Below, in pieces: positions 8,784 through 17,255 of a DNA stretch of 64,000 nucleotides (position 1 is its first letter; every line of letters begins with the position of its first letter). The stretch lies in contig JBBQXP010000001.1 in the NCBI GenBank assembly GCA_038209555.1, positions 68,728 through 132,727 of the forward strand, read 5' to 3'. The notes below the pieces were generated by a model. The model was not told the DNA's origin. It was given only the letters and a program-made list of their open reading frames with translations, and searched no databases. Origin of the DNA: Gaiellales bacterium (GTDB lineage Bacteria; Actinomycetota; Thermoleophilia; Gaiellales; Gaiellaceae). Made by a program: the position numbers and the translations under genes.

Positions 8784-10406
8784 GTGAGCCGGTCGCCCTC
8801 GTTCCCGAGTCACTGGATAGGAGGCGCCGTGGAACACCATGGTTCGGAGAGCTACTTCGTCGTCGGCGAGGGGTTGCTCACAGAGAGCGTCGGAGGGCGG
8901 GAACGCACGCTCTCGTCGGCTCTCGAGGCGCTGGCGCCGCCGTTTCGCTTCTCGCGGATGGGGCCGAACGGCATCAACCACCAGCTCGGCGAGCCCAGCC
9001 GGAAGAGGATCGCCAAAGCCATGACCGTAGGGGGTGGCGGTGCGTCCCAGATCCCTTCCGGCTTCACCTATCTCGGCCAGTTCGCGGACCACGATCTAAC
9101 GTTCGACAAGACGAGCGTCATGCTCGGTGAGAACGTCTCCCCGGCGCAGCTCCTGCAGGCGCGCTCGCCGAGCCTCGACCTCGATTCGCTCTACGGAGCC
9201 GGGCCTGCGGATCCAGGGTCGGCCAAGTTCTACGCCCCGGACGGTCTCCATCTGAAGGTCGGGAAGACACTCGCTGCCGAGGGGATCACGGCGAAGCAGG
9301 GCTTTGACCTTCCGCGCGGCGCCGGAACAACGGTGGCGAAGAAGCGCAAGGCGATCATTCCGGATCCGAGAAACGACGAGAACCTCGCGGTCGCTCAGAC
9401 CCATCTGGCGATGATGCGCTTTCACAACCGGGTTGTCGACACCCAGCTGGCCGCGGTGCCCCCCGCGCAGCGCTTCGACAAAGCTCGCGAGATCGTCACG
9501 AAGCATTACCAGTGGATGCTTCGAACCGATTATCTCCCCCGAATCTGCGCACCAGGCGTCGTGAACAACGTCTTCACGAACGGCAGGAAGGCGTTCGAGG
9601 TAGGAGTGTCACCGACCGACGTCCCGACGATGCCGATCGAGTTCTCGGTGGCCGCGTTCCGCCTAGGTCACTCGATGATCCGGAGCGCCTACAACTGGAA
9701 CAAGATCTTCGACGACGGCTTTGGCTCCCTCGACCTGCTGTTCGTGTTCTCCTCGACGGGCGGCGACCTCGGCGGCGGGCCCAGGCTCCCAAGCACCTGG
9801 ATCGCAGATTTCCGCCGGCTCTACGACTTCAAGGAGGCCGGCAAGGCCAACCTCGCCGTGCCGGAGAACAAGTTCAACCGGGCCAGGCGCATCGACACGA
9901 GGCTCGTCAATCCGCTGAAGAACCTTCCGGCCGGGTCATTCGGCGGCCCCGCGGTGCCGTTCAACGACCCGAGGGCCAACCTTGCCTTCCGCAACCTGGC
10001 TCGAGCGAAGATGGTACGGCTGGCGACCGGCCAGCAGATGGCGACGTTCCTGAAGAGCAAGGGAGTGACGCTGACCAAGCTCACGCAGGCGCAGATCCGG
10101 GACGGCAACAACGGCGCCGACCTCGACGCATTGACGCAGACGCAGCGTGCCGCGCTCCTCAAGGACACGCCGCTCTGGTTCTACATCCTCCGCGAGGCCG
10201 AGCTGAACGGAGGCAAGCTGAAGGGGGTCGGAGCGCGCATCGTCGCGGAGGCGTTTCACCGTGCCATGGAAGGCAGCCAAGCGTCGATCGTTCGTGACCC
10301 GACCTGGCATCCGACGCTCGGTCCGAACAGCTCGACCTTCCGGATGGTAGACCTGCTGCTGTTCGCATTCGAGGGAAAGAAGGCCCTGCTCGCTCCACTC
10401 GGGTAA
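8784..10406 (+). CDS. heme peroxidase, peroxidase-cyclooxygenase (animal heme peroxidase-like) superfamily
   Basis: FTYLGQFADHDLTFD (distal His region), AMMRFHNRVV (proximal His region), AAFRLGHSMIR. Alternative start GTG 8829 lies 4 nt after AGGAGG (8819-8824). Confidence 0.85.
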   Translation: MSRSPSFPSHWIGGAVEHHGSESYFVVGEGLLTESVGGRERTLSSALEALAPPFRFSRMGPNGINHQLGEPSRKRIAKAMTVGGGGASQIPSGFTYLGQFADHDLTFDKTSVMLGENVSPAQLLQARSPSLDLDSLYGAGPADPGSAKFYAPDGLHLKVGKTLAAEGITAKQGFDLPRGAGTTVAKKRKAIIPDPRNDENLAVAQTHLAMMRFHNRVVDTQLAAVPPAQRFDKAREIVTKHYQWMLRTDYLPRICAPGVVNNVFTNGRKAFEVGVSPTDVPTMPIEFSVAAFRLGHSMIRSAYNWNKIFDDGFGSLDLLFVFSSTGGDLGGGPRLPSTWIADFRRLYDFKEAGKANLAVPENKFNRARRIDTRLVNPLKNLPAGSFGGPAVPFNDPRANLAFRNLARAKMVRLATGQQMATFLKSKGVTLTKLTQAQIRDGNNGADLDALTQTQRAALLKDTPLWFYILREAELNGGKLKGVGARIVAEAFHRAMEGSQASIVRDPTWHPTLGPNSSTFRMVDLLLFAFEGKKALLAPLG

Positions 10407-10455
10407 CGAACCTGGGCGCCCAGGGCGCTACTGCAGCGATGTGCTCGAGCCGAAC

Positions 10456-10752
10456 CTAGGCCGCGAGGTCTGCGTCCAGCCGGGACCAGCCGGCCGACGG
10501 GTGTCGCGTCCTGACCTCGGCCCAGATCTCGCCCGCTTCCTCCGCTGAGAGGAGCTCGAGTGCGACGGCGTTGCGCGTCGCCGCGATGACGCAGAAGACG
10601 TGCTCGTCGAAACGCGCCTGCGGGTTCGTGGAGCGCTCGCAGGCTTGAGCGAGCGCCTCGAGCCGCGTCTCGAGGAGATGGGCCGTTCTACTGTGATGTG
10701 AGTGGTCTGCCATCGCTCCTAGTTCGTGGCCGACGTGCGGCCTCCCTGCCAC
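10456..10752 (-). CDS. hypothetical protein
   Basis: 98-aa ORF with coding-like third-position GC. Internal ATG 10713 is preceded by AGGAG. No family recognised. Confidence 0.5.
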   Translation of the reverse strand: MAGRPHVGHELGAMADHSHHSRTAHLLETRLEALAQACERSTNPQARFDEHVFCVIAATRNAVALELLSAEEAGEIWAEVRTRHPSAGWSRLDADLAA

Positions 10753-10781
10753 GTAGCTAACACCCAGGTTCGGACGGAACG

Positions 10782-11393
10782 TCAGGGTGAGAGGCGCGAG
10801 TGCGTCCAGCTGTCGCCGGAGCGCTCGTAGGCGAAGCGGTCATGGAGGCGATCCTCGCCGTGCTGCCAGAGCTCAATCCGGTCCGGAAGGAGACGATACC
10901 CGCCCCAGAATGGCGGCAGCGGAACCTCCCGGCCCTCGTACTCCCGCTCGAGCCCGCGCACTCGTTCCTCGAGGACGTCCCGACTCTCGATCTGCTCGCT
11001 CTGGCGCGAAGCCCAGGCGCCAAGCTGGCCGCCGCGAGGCCGTGTCCGGAAGTACTGCGCCGACTCCTCCGTGCTCACGCGCTCCACGCTGCCTTCGACG
11101 CGAACCTGCCGTCCCAGGGGGTGCCAGTAGAGCACGAGCGCAGCCTGCGGGTTCGCCTCGAGCTCGCGACTTTTTCGGCTCTCGTAGTTCGTGTGGAAGA
11201 CGAAGCCGCTCTCATCGATCCCGTGCAGGAGGACGATCCGGGCGGAGGGCCGTCCATCCGCATTCGAGGTCGCCAGAGTCATCGCCTCGGGCATCGGCAG
11301 GCCAAGAGCCCGAGCCTCGTCGAACCATGTTCGGAACTGCGCCATCGGATTGTCCGCGAGGTCTTCTTCGCAAAGGCGAACGACGTCGGCCAC
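10782..11393 (-). CDS. pdxH: pyridoxamine 5'-phosphate oxidase
   Basis: Full-length match to the PdxH pattern: RIVLLHGIDESGFVFHTNYESRK, YFRTRPRGGQLGAWAS, WGGYRLLPDRIELWQ. Confidence 0.9.
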   Translation of the reverse strand: MADVVRLCEEDLADNPMAQFRTWFDEARALGLPMPEAMTLATSNADGRPSARIVLLHGIDESGFVFHTNYESRKSRELEANPQAALVLYWHPLGRQVRVEGSVERVSTEESAQYFRTRPRGGQLGAWASRQSEQIESRDVLEERVRGLEREYEGREVPLPPFWGGYRLLPDRIELWQHGEDRLHDRFAYERSGDSWTHSRLSP

Positions 11394-11496
11394 GTGCGCT
11401 AGCCTAAATATGCAAACCGTATTGCCCGCGCATTACAGATTCTTTACCGTCGGATCACCGGCGCCAGACCCCGCACGGACACACTTCGGAGAGCGA

Positions 11497-11967
11497 ATGG
11501 GAACGCGGCCTCTCTTCATGATCTTCACGATCGGGCTTACGCTCGCTGCCGCGCCTGCCGCCGATGCCGGTCTGCGAACACTGTCCGCGGACAAGGACCT
11601 GGTCAACCTGAACGGGGGCAGAGGCGTGGCGAGATTCTCGGGCTATGGGGTTCTCTGGGGCGGCTTTACACGCGGGAGGATCCGTGTTACCGACCTTCCG
11701 GGCGGAGCGCAGACGGTGGTGAGGGTCTACGGAGCCGAGCGAGTGACCTATGTGAACGCGATTACGCGGGTCTACAGCGGGCGTTACATCAGATTCAGCA
11801 TCCACACAGGGCGCTGGAAGGCCGGCATCACCGCGCGTGGCGTCAACGCGAGCGCGGTGGTGAAAGGAGTCATGTGGCTCGGCGGCACCGCCGGGACCTA
11901 CACGATCGAGGATTCGGCCGATCGGCCGTGGCCGCTCGAGCTCAAGCAATTCACGCTCGGCGGATAG
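11497..11967 (+). CDS. secreted hypothetical protein
   Basis: ATG 11497 preceded by GGAGAG. Signal-peptide-like MGTRPLFMIFTIGLTLAAAPAADA. The upstream part of ORF 11191..11967 is antisense to pdxH. Confidence 0.65.
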   Translation: MGTRPLFMIFTIGLTLAAAPAADAGLRTLSADKDLVNLNGGRGVARFSGYGVLWGGFTRGRIRVTDLPGGAQTVVRVYGAERVTYVNAITRVYSGRYIRFSIHTGRWKAGITARGVNASAVVKGVMWLGGTAGTYTIEDSADRPWPLELKQFTLGG

Positions 11968-12004
11968 TTCGAGCGCGTTCTCTGACACCATAGGAGCGGA
12001 ACAC

Positions 12005-12721
12005 GTGTCTCAGCAGTCCCAAGCACATCCGCTCATCCTGATCGTCGAGGACGAGACCAGCATCGCCTCGTTCGTCGCGATGTACTTGAAGAAGGCCGGG
12101 TACGAGGTCAAGGTGGCAGGCTCGGGGACAGACGCGCTCGCACGGGCAAGCGCCGACAATCCGTCGCTCATCATCCTCGACCTCATGCTGCCCGACCTGG
12201 ACGGCATCGAGGTGTGCCGCCGGATCCGCCAGCGATCCGACATCCCGATCCTCATGCTGACCGCCCGCGATGACGACGTGGACAAGATCATCGGGCTGGA
12301 GGTGGGCGCCGACGACTACCTGACGAAGCCCTTCAATCCGCGGGAGCTGGTAGCGCGGGTGAAGTCGGTCCTCAGACGGTCGGCGCCGAAGGAGCGGGAG
12401 CTCGAGAACTTGTCTCTCGAGCACGGACTGCTTCGGATCGACTCGGGCAGGCGTGAGGTCATGGTGGGAGACGAGGAGGTCCAGCTCGCGCCGAAGGAGT
12501 TCGACCTGCTCTGGGAGCTGCTCGACCATCGGGGCCTGGTGCTCACCCGCGACCAGCTGCTCGAGCGCGTCTGGGGGTATACCTTCGCCGGCGACACCCG
12601 TACCGTCGATGTGCACGTTGGCCAGCTCCGCCGAAAGCTCGGCGACTCGTGCCCGATCGTCACGGTCTGGGGCGTCGGCTACAAGGTCTCGCCCGAGCCG
12701 AAGGCCGCTCGCGCGTCGTAG
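12005..12721 (+). CDS. OmpR-family response regulator (canonical receiver)
   Basis: ILIVEDE, ILDLMLPDLDG, GADDYLTKPF, winged-helix C-terminus VWGVGYK. Confidence 0.9.
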   Translation: MSQQSQAHPLILIVEDETSIASFVAMYLKKAGYEVKVAGSGTDALARASADNPSLIILDLMLPDLDGIEVCRRIRQRSDIPILMLTARDDDVDKIIGLEVGADDYLTKPFNPRELVARVKSVLRRSAPKERELENLSLEHGLLRIDSGRREVMVGDEEVQLAPKEFDLLWELLDHRGLVLTRDQLLERVWGYTFAGDTRTVDVHVGQLRRKLGDSCPIVTVWGVGYKVSPEPKAARAS

Positions 12722-12736
12722 CCGGTAGGAGGTCCG

Positions 12737-14119
12737 GTGTCCTCACTCCGGTTTCGCCTCCCAGCTCTCTTCCTCGCCGGCGTGGTCGTCGCGGCTGCGG
12801 TGACAGCGCTGCTGGCCGTCCGCCTGTTTCAGGACTATGCGCGCGATCGCACGCTCAGCGACTTGCACCGTCAGGCGGCCGGGCTGGCCCAGCTCTATGC
12901 GGAGCAGGCGCGCCAGGGAATCGAGGAGCGGCGGCGGGCCCCGAGGTTCGCCCGGCCCAAGCTCGAGCGTGCGACGGGCACGCGCCTCTACTACGCAGGC
13001 GTCTCGATCTTCCCGGGGCAGGACTCGGGGCTGCGCCCGCTTCCCCTCGGCGTGCTCGATCGCGACCTCCTGGCCGACGGCAAGGTGCAGGAGGTCGAGT
13101 TCAAGCCGCCCGGGACGGACAAGACGTATCTCGCTGTGGCGCAGCCGATTCGCCTCGGTGGTGAGACCTTCGGTGCTCTCGTCGTGGCGAAGCCCCAGGC
13201 TGAGCTCCGGGAGCGCTGGGTCGTCCTCCTCGGACGGCTCGGCCTGGCCTTCCTCGCGGGGCTCGCCATCGCGGCTCTCCTCGTGCTGTATCTCTCTCGC
13301 CGGCTCACGAAGCCGCTCCTAGCTCTCTCGGACGCGGCGGATCGGATCGCAGAGGGACGGTACGACGTGCGCCTCCCGGAGGGGAAGCGCAAGGACGAGA
13401 TCAGCCACCTGACCGACCGGTTTCAGGAGATGGCTGTCCGCCTCGCACAGGCCGAGGCACTGGAGCGCCATTTCCTGATGAGCGTCTCGCATGAGCTCCG
13501 CACACCGTTGACGGCGATCCGGGGGCACCTCGATGCGCTGCGAGAAGACGTTCTCGACGACCCCGAAGAGCGGGCTGCATCGCTCGAGGTGATCGGCACC
13601 GAGGCAGATCGCCTTTCGCGCCTTGTCAGCGACCTGCTCGACCTGGCGAAGCTCGATGCCCGCCGCTTCACGCTCACCGAGGACGAAGTCGAGGTGCGGC
13701 GCCTGCTCGATCAGGCCTACCGCGCCAAAACCGAGGAGGCCCGGCGGCGCGGAATCGGCTACGAGCAGCGATTCGTGGCGGAACCGGTCATCCACACGGA
13801 TGGCGACCGCGTGCTCCAGATCGTCACGAACCTTCTCGACAACGCGTTCGCGTGGACGCCGGACGGTGGGGCCATCTCCATCGGCCTCGATTCGAGGAAC
13901 GGCACGGTTGAGGTGACGGTGTCCGACTCGGGACCAGGGGTACCGTTGGAGGAGCGCGAGCGCATCTTCCGGCCGTTCTTTTCCCGCGACGAGTCGCGTG
14001 GGACCGGCCTGGGCCTCGCGATCGCACGCGAGCTCGCGCACGCACTCGGCGGCGAGCTCGGGCTCGACTCGTCCCCGGACGGTGGCGCCCGCTTCGAGCT
14101 GACGCTGCCCGCGCGTTAG
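12737..14119 (+). CDS. HAMP-domain sensor histidine kinase
   Basis: Two TM segments, HAMP, H-box SHELRTPLT, N-box NLLDNAFAW, DSGPGV, GTGLGLAI. Adjacent to the response regulator. Confidence 0.9.
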   Translation: MSSLRFRLPALFLAGVVVAAAVTALLAVRLFQDYARDRTLSDLHRQAAGLAQLYAEQARQGIEERRRAPRFARPKLERATGTRLYYAGVSIFPGQDSGLRPLPLGVLDRDLLADGKVQEVEFKPPGTDKTYLAVAQPIRLGGETFGALVVAKPQAELRERWVVLLGRLGLAFLAGLAIAALLVLYLSRRLTKPLLALSDAADRIAEGRYDVRLPEGKRKDEISHLTDRFQEMAVRLAQAEALERHFLMSVSHELRTPLTAIRGHLDALREDVLDDPEERAASLEVIGTEADRLSRLVSDLLDLAKLDARRFTLTEDEVEVRRLLDQAYRAKTEEARRRGIGYEQRFVAEPVIHTDGDRVLQIVTNLLDNAFAWTPDGGAISIGLDSRNGTVEVTVSDSGPGVPLEERERIFRPFFSRDESRGTGLGLAIARELAHALGGELGLDSSPDGGARFELTLPAR

Positions 14120-14136
14120 CTAGGAGGGCGAAGTAG

Positions 14137-14613
14137 TCAGCCGGAGCGGCGCTCGTGCGGCTCGTCGATCCGGTAGAGCGCCGCCCCAGGTCGCTCGTCG
14201 AGAGAGCGCTCCAGACGATCGATGATGCGCTCCATCCGGTCGAGCCGTCGCTCGACTCCGTGCCAGCCCGAGGCGATCAGGTCGACCAGAAGCGCCAGAT
14301 CCTCGACTCGGGCCCGCCGCTCGGCGTCTAGGTCGCGTTGAAGCCGCTCGAGGCGCCGGATCGTCTGGCCCGAGAGCCCGCGTACCTCGGCGATGTGGCG
14401 CCCGACGGGGAGCACCTCGGCACGGAGGCCTTGTTGGACGGCTTCGCCCACGCGGTCCGGCACGGTCGCCTCGAGCTCGGACGCGCGGGTTGCAAGGTCG
14501 TCGAGCGCTTCCCCAGCTCGTGCGAGCGCGGCCTCGAGAGCGGCCGGCTCGGGATGGCCCGCACTCGTTTCCGCGAGGCGGTTCCGGGCCCGGTCTAGCG
14601 ACTCCCGATCCAT
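14137..14613 (-). CDS. hypothetical coiled-coil protein
   Basis: 158-aa ORF rich in Leu/Arg/Glu heptad-like repeats with coding-like codon bias. No family recognised. Confidence 0.5.
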   Translation of the reverse strand: MDRESLDRARNRLAETSAGHPEPAALEAALARAGEALDDLATRASELEATVPDRVGEAVQQGLRAEVLPVGRHIAEVRGLSGQTIRRLERLQRDLDAERRARVEDLALLVDLIASGWHGVERRLDRMERIIDRLERSLDERPGAALYRIDEPHERRSG

Positions 14614-14658
14614 TCCGGTGACTGTAGCGTTGACGTCGGACTGAACGACGACGGAGGC

Positions 14659-15606
14659 TTGGCCGTGCGGACGGAGGAGCTCGACTACGACCTACCGCCC
14701 GAGCTGATCGCGCAACGGCCGCTCGAGCGGCGGGATGAGAGTCGCCTGCTCGTGTACGAGCGCTCGACCGGAACGGTACGCCACCGGGTCTTCCATGAGC
14801 TTCCCGCCGAGCTCGGGCGAGGCGAGCTCCTGGTCGTCAACGACACCCGCGTGGTTTCCGCCCGTATCCACACGCGCAGGCCGGGTGGGGGCAAGGCCGA
14901 GATCCTTCTGCTGGAGCCGCTCGGGGACGGTGTCTGGGAGGCGCTCGCACGCCCGTCCCGCAAATTGCGAGCAGGTATGCAGCTTCGACCCGTGGAGCTC
15001 TTGGAGGCTCTCGGCGAGGGTCGCTGGCTCGTGCGGCTCGAAGGCAAGGCAGGCGGGGAGACGCCGCTCCCGCCGTATATCACCGAGCCCCTTGCCGATC
15101 CCGAGCGGTACCAGACGGTTTACGGAGAAGAGCTCGGCTCGGCCGCCGCACCCACGGCTGGACTGCACTTCACAATCGACCTCCTGGCCCGCTTCGAGGT
15201 CGAGCGGGTCACGCTCCATGTGGGGCTGGACACGTTCCGCCCCATCGCAGCCGAGTCGCTCGCGGAGCATGCGATCCACAGCGAGCGCTATGAGGTGGAT
15301 GCGGTCGCCTGGGAACGCATCCAGGCTGCCGAGCGCGTCTGCGCCGTGGGAACGACGACCGTGCGCGTGCTGGAGTCTCTGGCCCGCGGCGCCGAACTCG
15401 TTGGTCGCACGAATCTGTTCGTGACTCCAGGCTTCGAGTTCAGTCGTGTGGATGCTCTCGTCACGAACTTCCACCTGCCGCGCTCGTCGCTACTCGCCCT
15501 CGTGATGGCGTTCGCCGGGGTGGAGCAGACCAGGCAGCTGTACGAGCTTGCGATCGCAGAGCGATATCGCTTTTACTCGTTCGGCGACGCGATGCTGATT
15601 CTCTAG
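14659..15606 (+). CDS. queA: S-adenosylmethionine:tRNA ribosyltransferase-isomerase
   Basis: LDYDLPPELIAQRPLERRDESRLLV and C-terminal YRFYSFGDAMLI. GTG 14665 (7 nt after GGAGG) is an alternative start. Confidence 0.9.
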   Translation: MAVRTEELDYDLPPELIAQRPLERRDESRLLVYERSTGTVRHRVFHELPAELGRGELLVVNDTRVVSARIHTRRPGGGKAEILLLEPLGDGVWEALARPSRKLRAGMQLRPVELLEALGEGRWLVRLEGKAGGETPLPPYITEPLADPERYQTVYGEELGSAAAPTAGLHFTIDLLARFEVERVTLHVGLDTFRPIAAESLAEHAIHSERYEVDAVAWERIQAAERVCAVGTTTVRVLESLARGAELVGRTNLFVTPGFEFSRVDALVTNFHLPRSSLLALVMAFAGVEQTRQLYELAIAERYRFYSFGDAMLIL

Positions 15607-15644
15607 CCGGTTGATCGGCAATCCGCGCATACCGGTCATGTCTA
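15604..15644 (+). repeat. possible degenerate mini-copy of the palindromic intercistronic repeat
   Basis: TAGCCGGTTGATCGGCAAT... begins with the queA TAG stop and shares an exact 10-mer GGTTGATCGG with the copy-B left end. The right side TACCGGTCATGTCTA weakly resembles the repeat right end. Confidence 0.3.
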
Positions 15645-15704
15645 GACGCGCGGGTCCACCCCCTCCGCCTCCCGGCATCGACCCTACTTCGTGAAGATGC
15701 GCGG

Positions 15705-16874
15705 ATGGCGAACGGGCCGGGTCGGAAGATTGACGAGACGGTTTCGACCTTCAGCGTTGCTGCCTCCGACGGAGCGGCGCGGGCGGGCGTCCTCCACACC
15801 GCGCACGGCGATGTCCTCACCCCTGCGTTCATGCCGGTTGGTACGAAAGGGACGGTCAAGGGCCTGCATCCAGATCGAGTGCGCGAGCTCGGCGCCTCGA
15901 TCGTGCTCGCGAACACCTACCACCTGTACTTCCGGCCCGGGGCGGATCTGATCGAGGCGCTCGGCGGCCTGCACCGGTTCACGGGCTGGAGCGGCCCGAT
16001 CCTGACCGACTCTGGCGGCTTCCAGGTTTTCTCCCTCCGCGACACGATCGTCGAAGCCGACGACGACGGCGTCACGTTCCGCTCCGTCTACGACGGGACA
16101 CTTGCCCGCTTCACGCCCGAGCTGGTGGCGGACGTGCAGCGAAAGCTCGGATCCGACGTCGCAATGTGCCTCGACGTGTGCCCACCGGCAGGCATCCCGC
16201 CCGAGGAGCTCGAGGTTGCGGTGGCACGAACGGCAACGTGGGCGCGCCGCCAGCTCGCGGCGCCGCGATCGCCGGGTCAGCTGCTCTTCGGCATCTCCCA
16301 GGGAGGCATCGACCCGGTGCTCAGGCGCCGGTCAACAGAGGAGATCGCCTCACTCGGCTTCGACGGCCACGCGCTCGGCGGGTTGAGCGTGGGGGAGGAG
16401 CGCGGGCGGATGCTCGACACCGTCGAGTGGGCAGCGCAGCTTCTTCCATCAGAGCGGCCGCGGTACTTCATGGGCATTGGCGACCCGGCGGGGATCCTGG
16501 ACGTCGTGCGACGCGGCATCGACATGTTCGACTGTGTTTTGCCCACCAGGCTCGGACGCACGGGTTCGGCGCTCACGTGGGACGGCCGCCTCAACCTGCG
16601 TAACGCCGCGTTTGCGCGTGACCCTCGCCCCCTCGATGAGGGATGCCCATGCGCCGCCTGTACACGCTTCTCGAGGGCCTATATCCGGCATCTCGTGACA
16701 CAGCACGAGCTTCTCGGCCTGATACTTTTGTCCGAGCACAACGTCAGGTTTCTGCTCGATTTGACCGCCGGAGCGCGGGCAGCGATCGAGGCGGGACGGC
16801 TCGGTGCCTTTACGGCCTCCGCGCTCGACCGGCTCGGGGCTGCGGCGCCTGGCCAGGAGGTTTCTCGTGAGTAG
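15705..16874 (+). CDS. tgt: queuine tRNA-ribosyltransferase
   Basis: TPAFMPVGTKGTVKG, LTDSGGFQVFSL, zinc motif CPCAAC...H. Confidence 0.92.
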   Translation: MANGPGRKIDETVSTFSVAASDGAARAGVLHTAHGDVLTPAFMPVGTKGTVKGLHPDRVRELGASIVLANTYHLYFRPGADLIEALGGLHRFTGWSGPILTDSGGFQVFSLRDTIVEADDDGVTFRSVYDGTLARFTPELVADVQRKLGSDVAMCLDVCPPAGIPPEELEVAVARTATWARRQLAAPRSPGQLLFGISQGGIDPVLRRRSTEEIASLGFDGHALGGLSVGEERGRMLDTVEWAAQLLPSERPRYFMGIGDPAGILDVVRRGIDMFDCVLPTRLGRTGSALTWDGRLNLRNAAFARDPRPLDEGCPCAACTRFSRAYIRHLVTQHELLGLILLSEHNVRFLLDLTAGARAAIEAGRLGAFTASALDRLGAAAPGQEVSRE

Positions 16875-17223
16875 TGGGTTCTTCATCGTCCTCATCGTGA
16901 TGTTCGGTTTCATGTACCTCATGCTGATCCGTCCGCAGCGCCAGCAGCAGCGCCGGCACGCCGAGATGCTCAAGGGGCTTGGGCCCGGCGACGAGGTCAT
17001 CACGGCCGGCGGCATCTACGGCGATGTGATCGAAGTCGAACCGGACCGGGTGGTCCTCGAGATTGCAGAGGACGTGCACATCGAGGTGGCGCGCCGCGCG
17101 ATCGCGAGCATCGTGCCTCAGGAGGACGCGGGATCGCTCGAGGACGAGCTCGAGGCCACGACGGTCGAAGAGCCCGAGCGGGTCGTCGAGGAGCGGACGG
17201 AGCAGGAGGAGGCCCGGCGCTAG
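16867..17223 (+). CDS. yajC: preprotein translocase subunit YajC
   Basis: FFIVLIVMFGFMYLMLIRPQRQQQRRH...GDEVITAGGIYG. GTG 16867 overlaps the tgt stop by 8 nt. The ORF-track start 16804 lies inside tgt. Confidence 0.85.
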   Translation: MSSGFFIVLIVMFGFMYLMLIRPQRQQQRRHAEMLKGLGPGDEVITAGGIYGDVIEVEPDRVVLEIAEDVHIEVARRAIASIVPQEDAGSLEDELEATTVEEPERVVEERTEQEEARR

Positions 17224-17255
17224 AGCCCTAGCCGGCTCGGCGCGCGGAACGACTG

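Noticed and set aside
10411-10424. Perfect palindrome CCTGGGCGCCCAGG after the peroxidase gene as a terminator
   Set aside because: It has a 7-bp stem with no loop and no U-tract. It may be a weak hairpin or a restriction-type palindrome, which is not enough to call a terminator.
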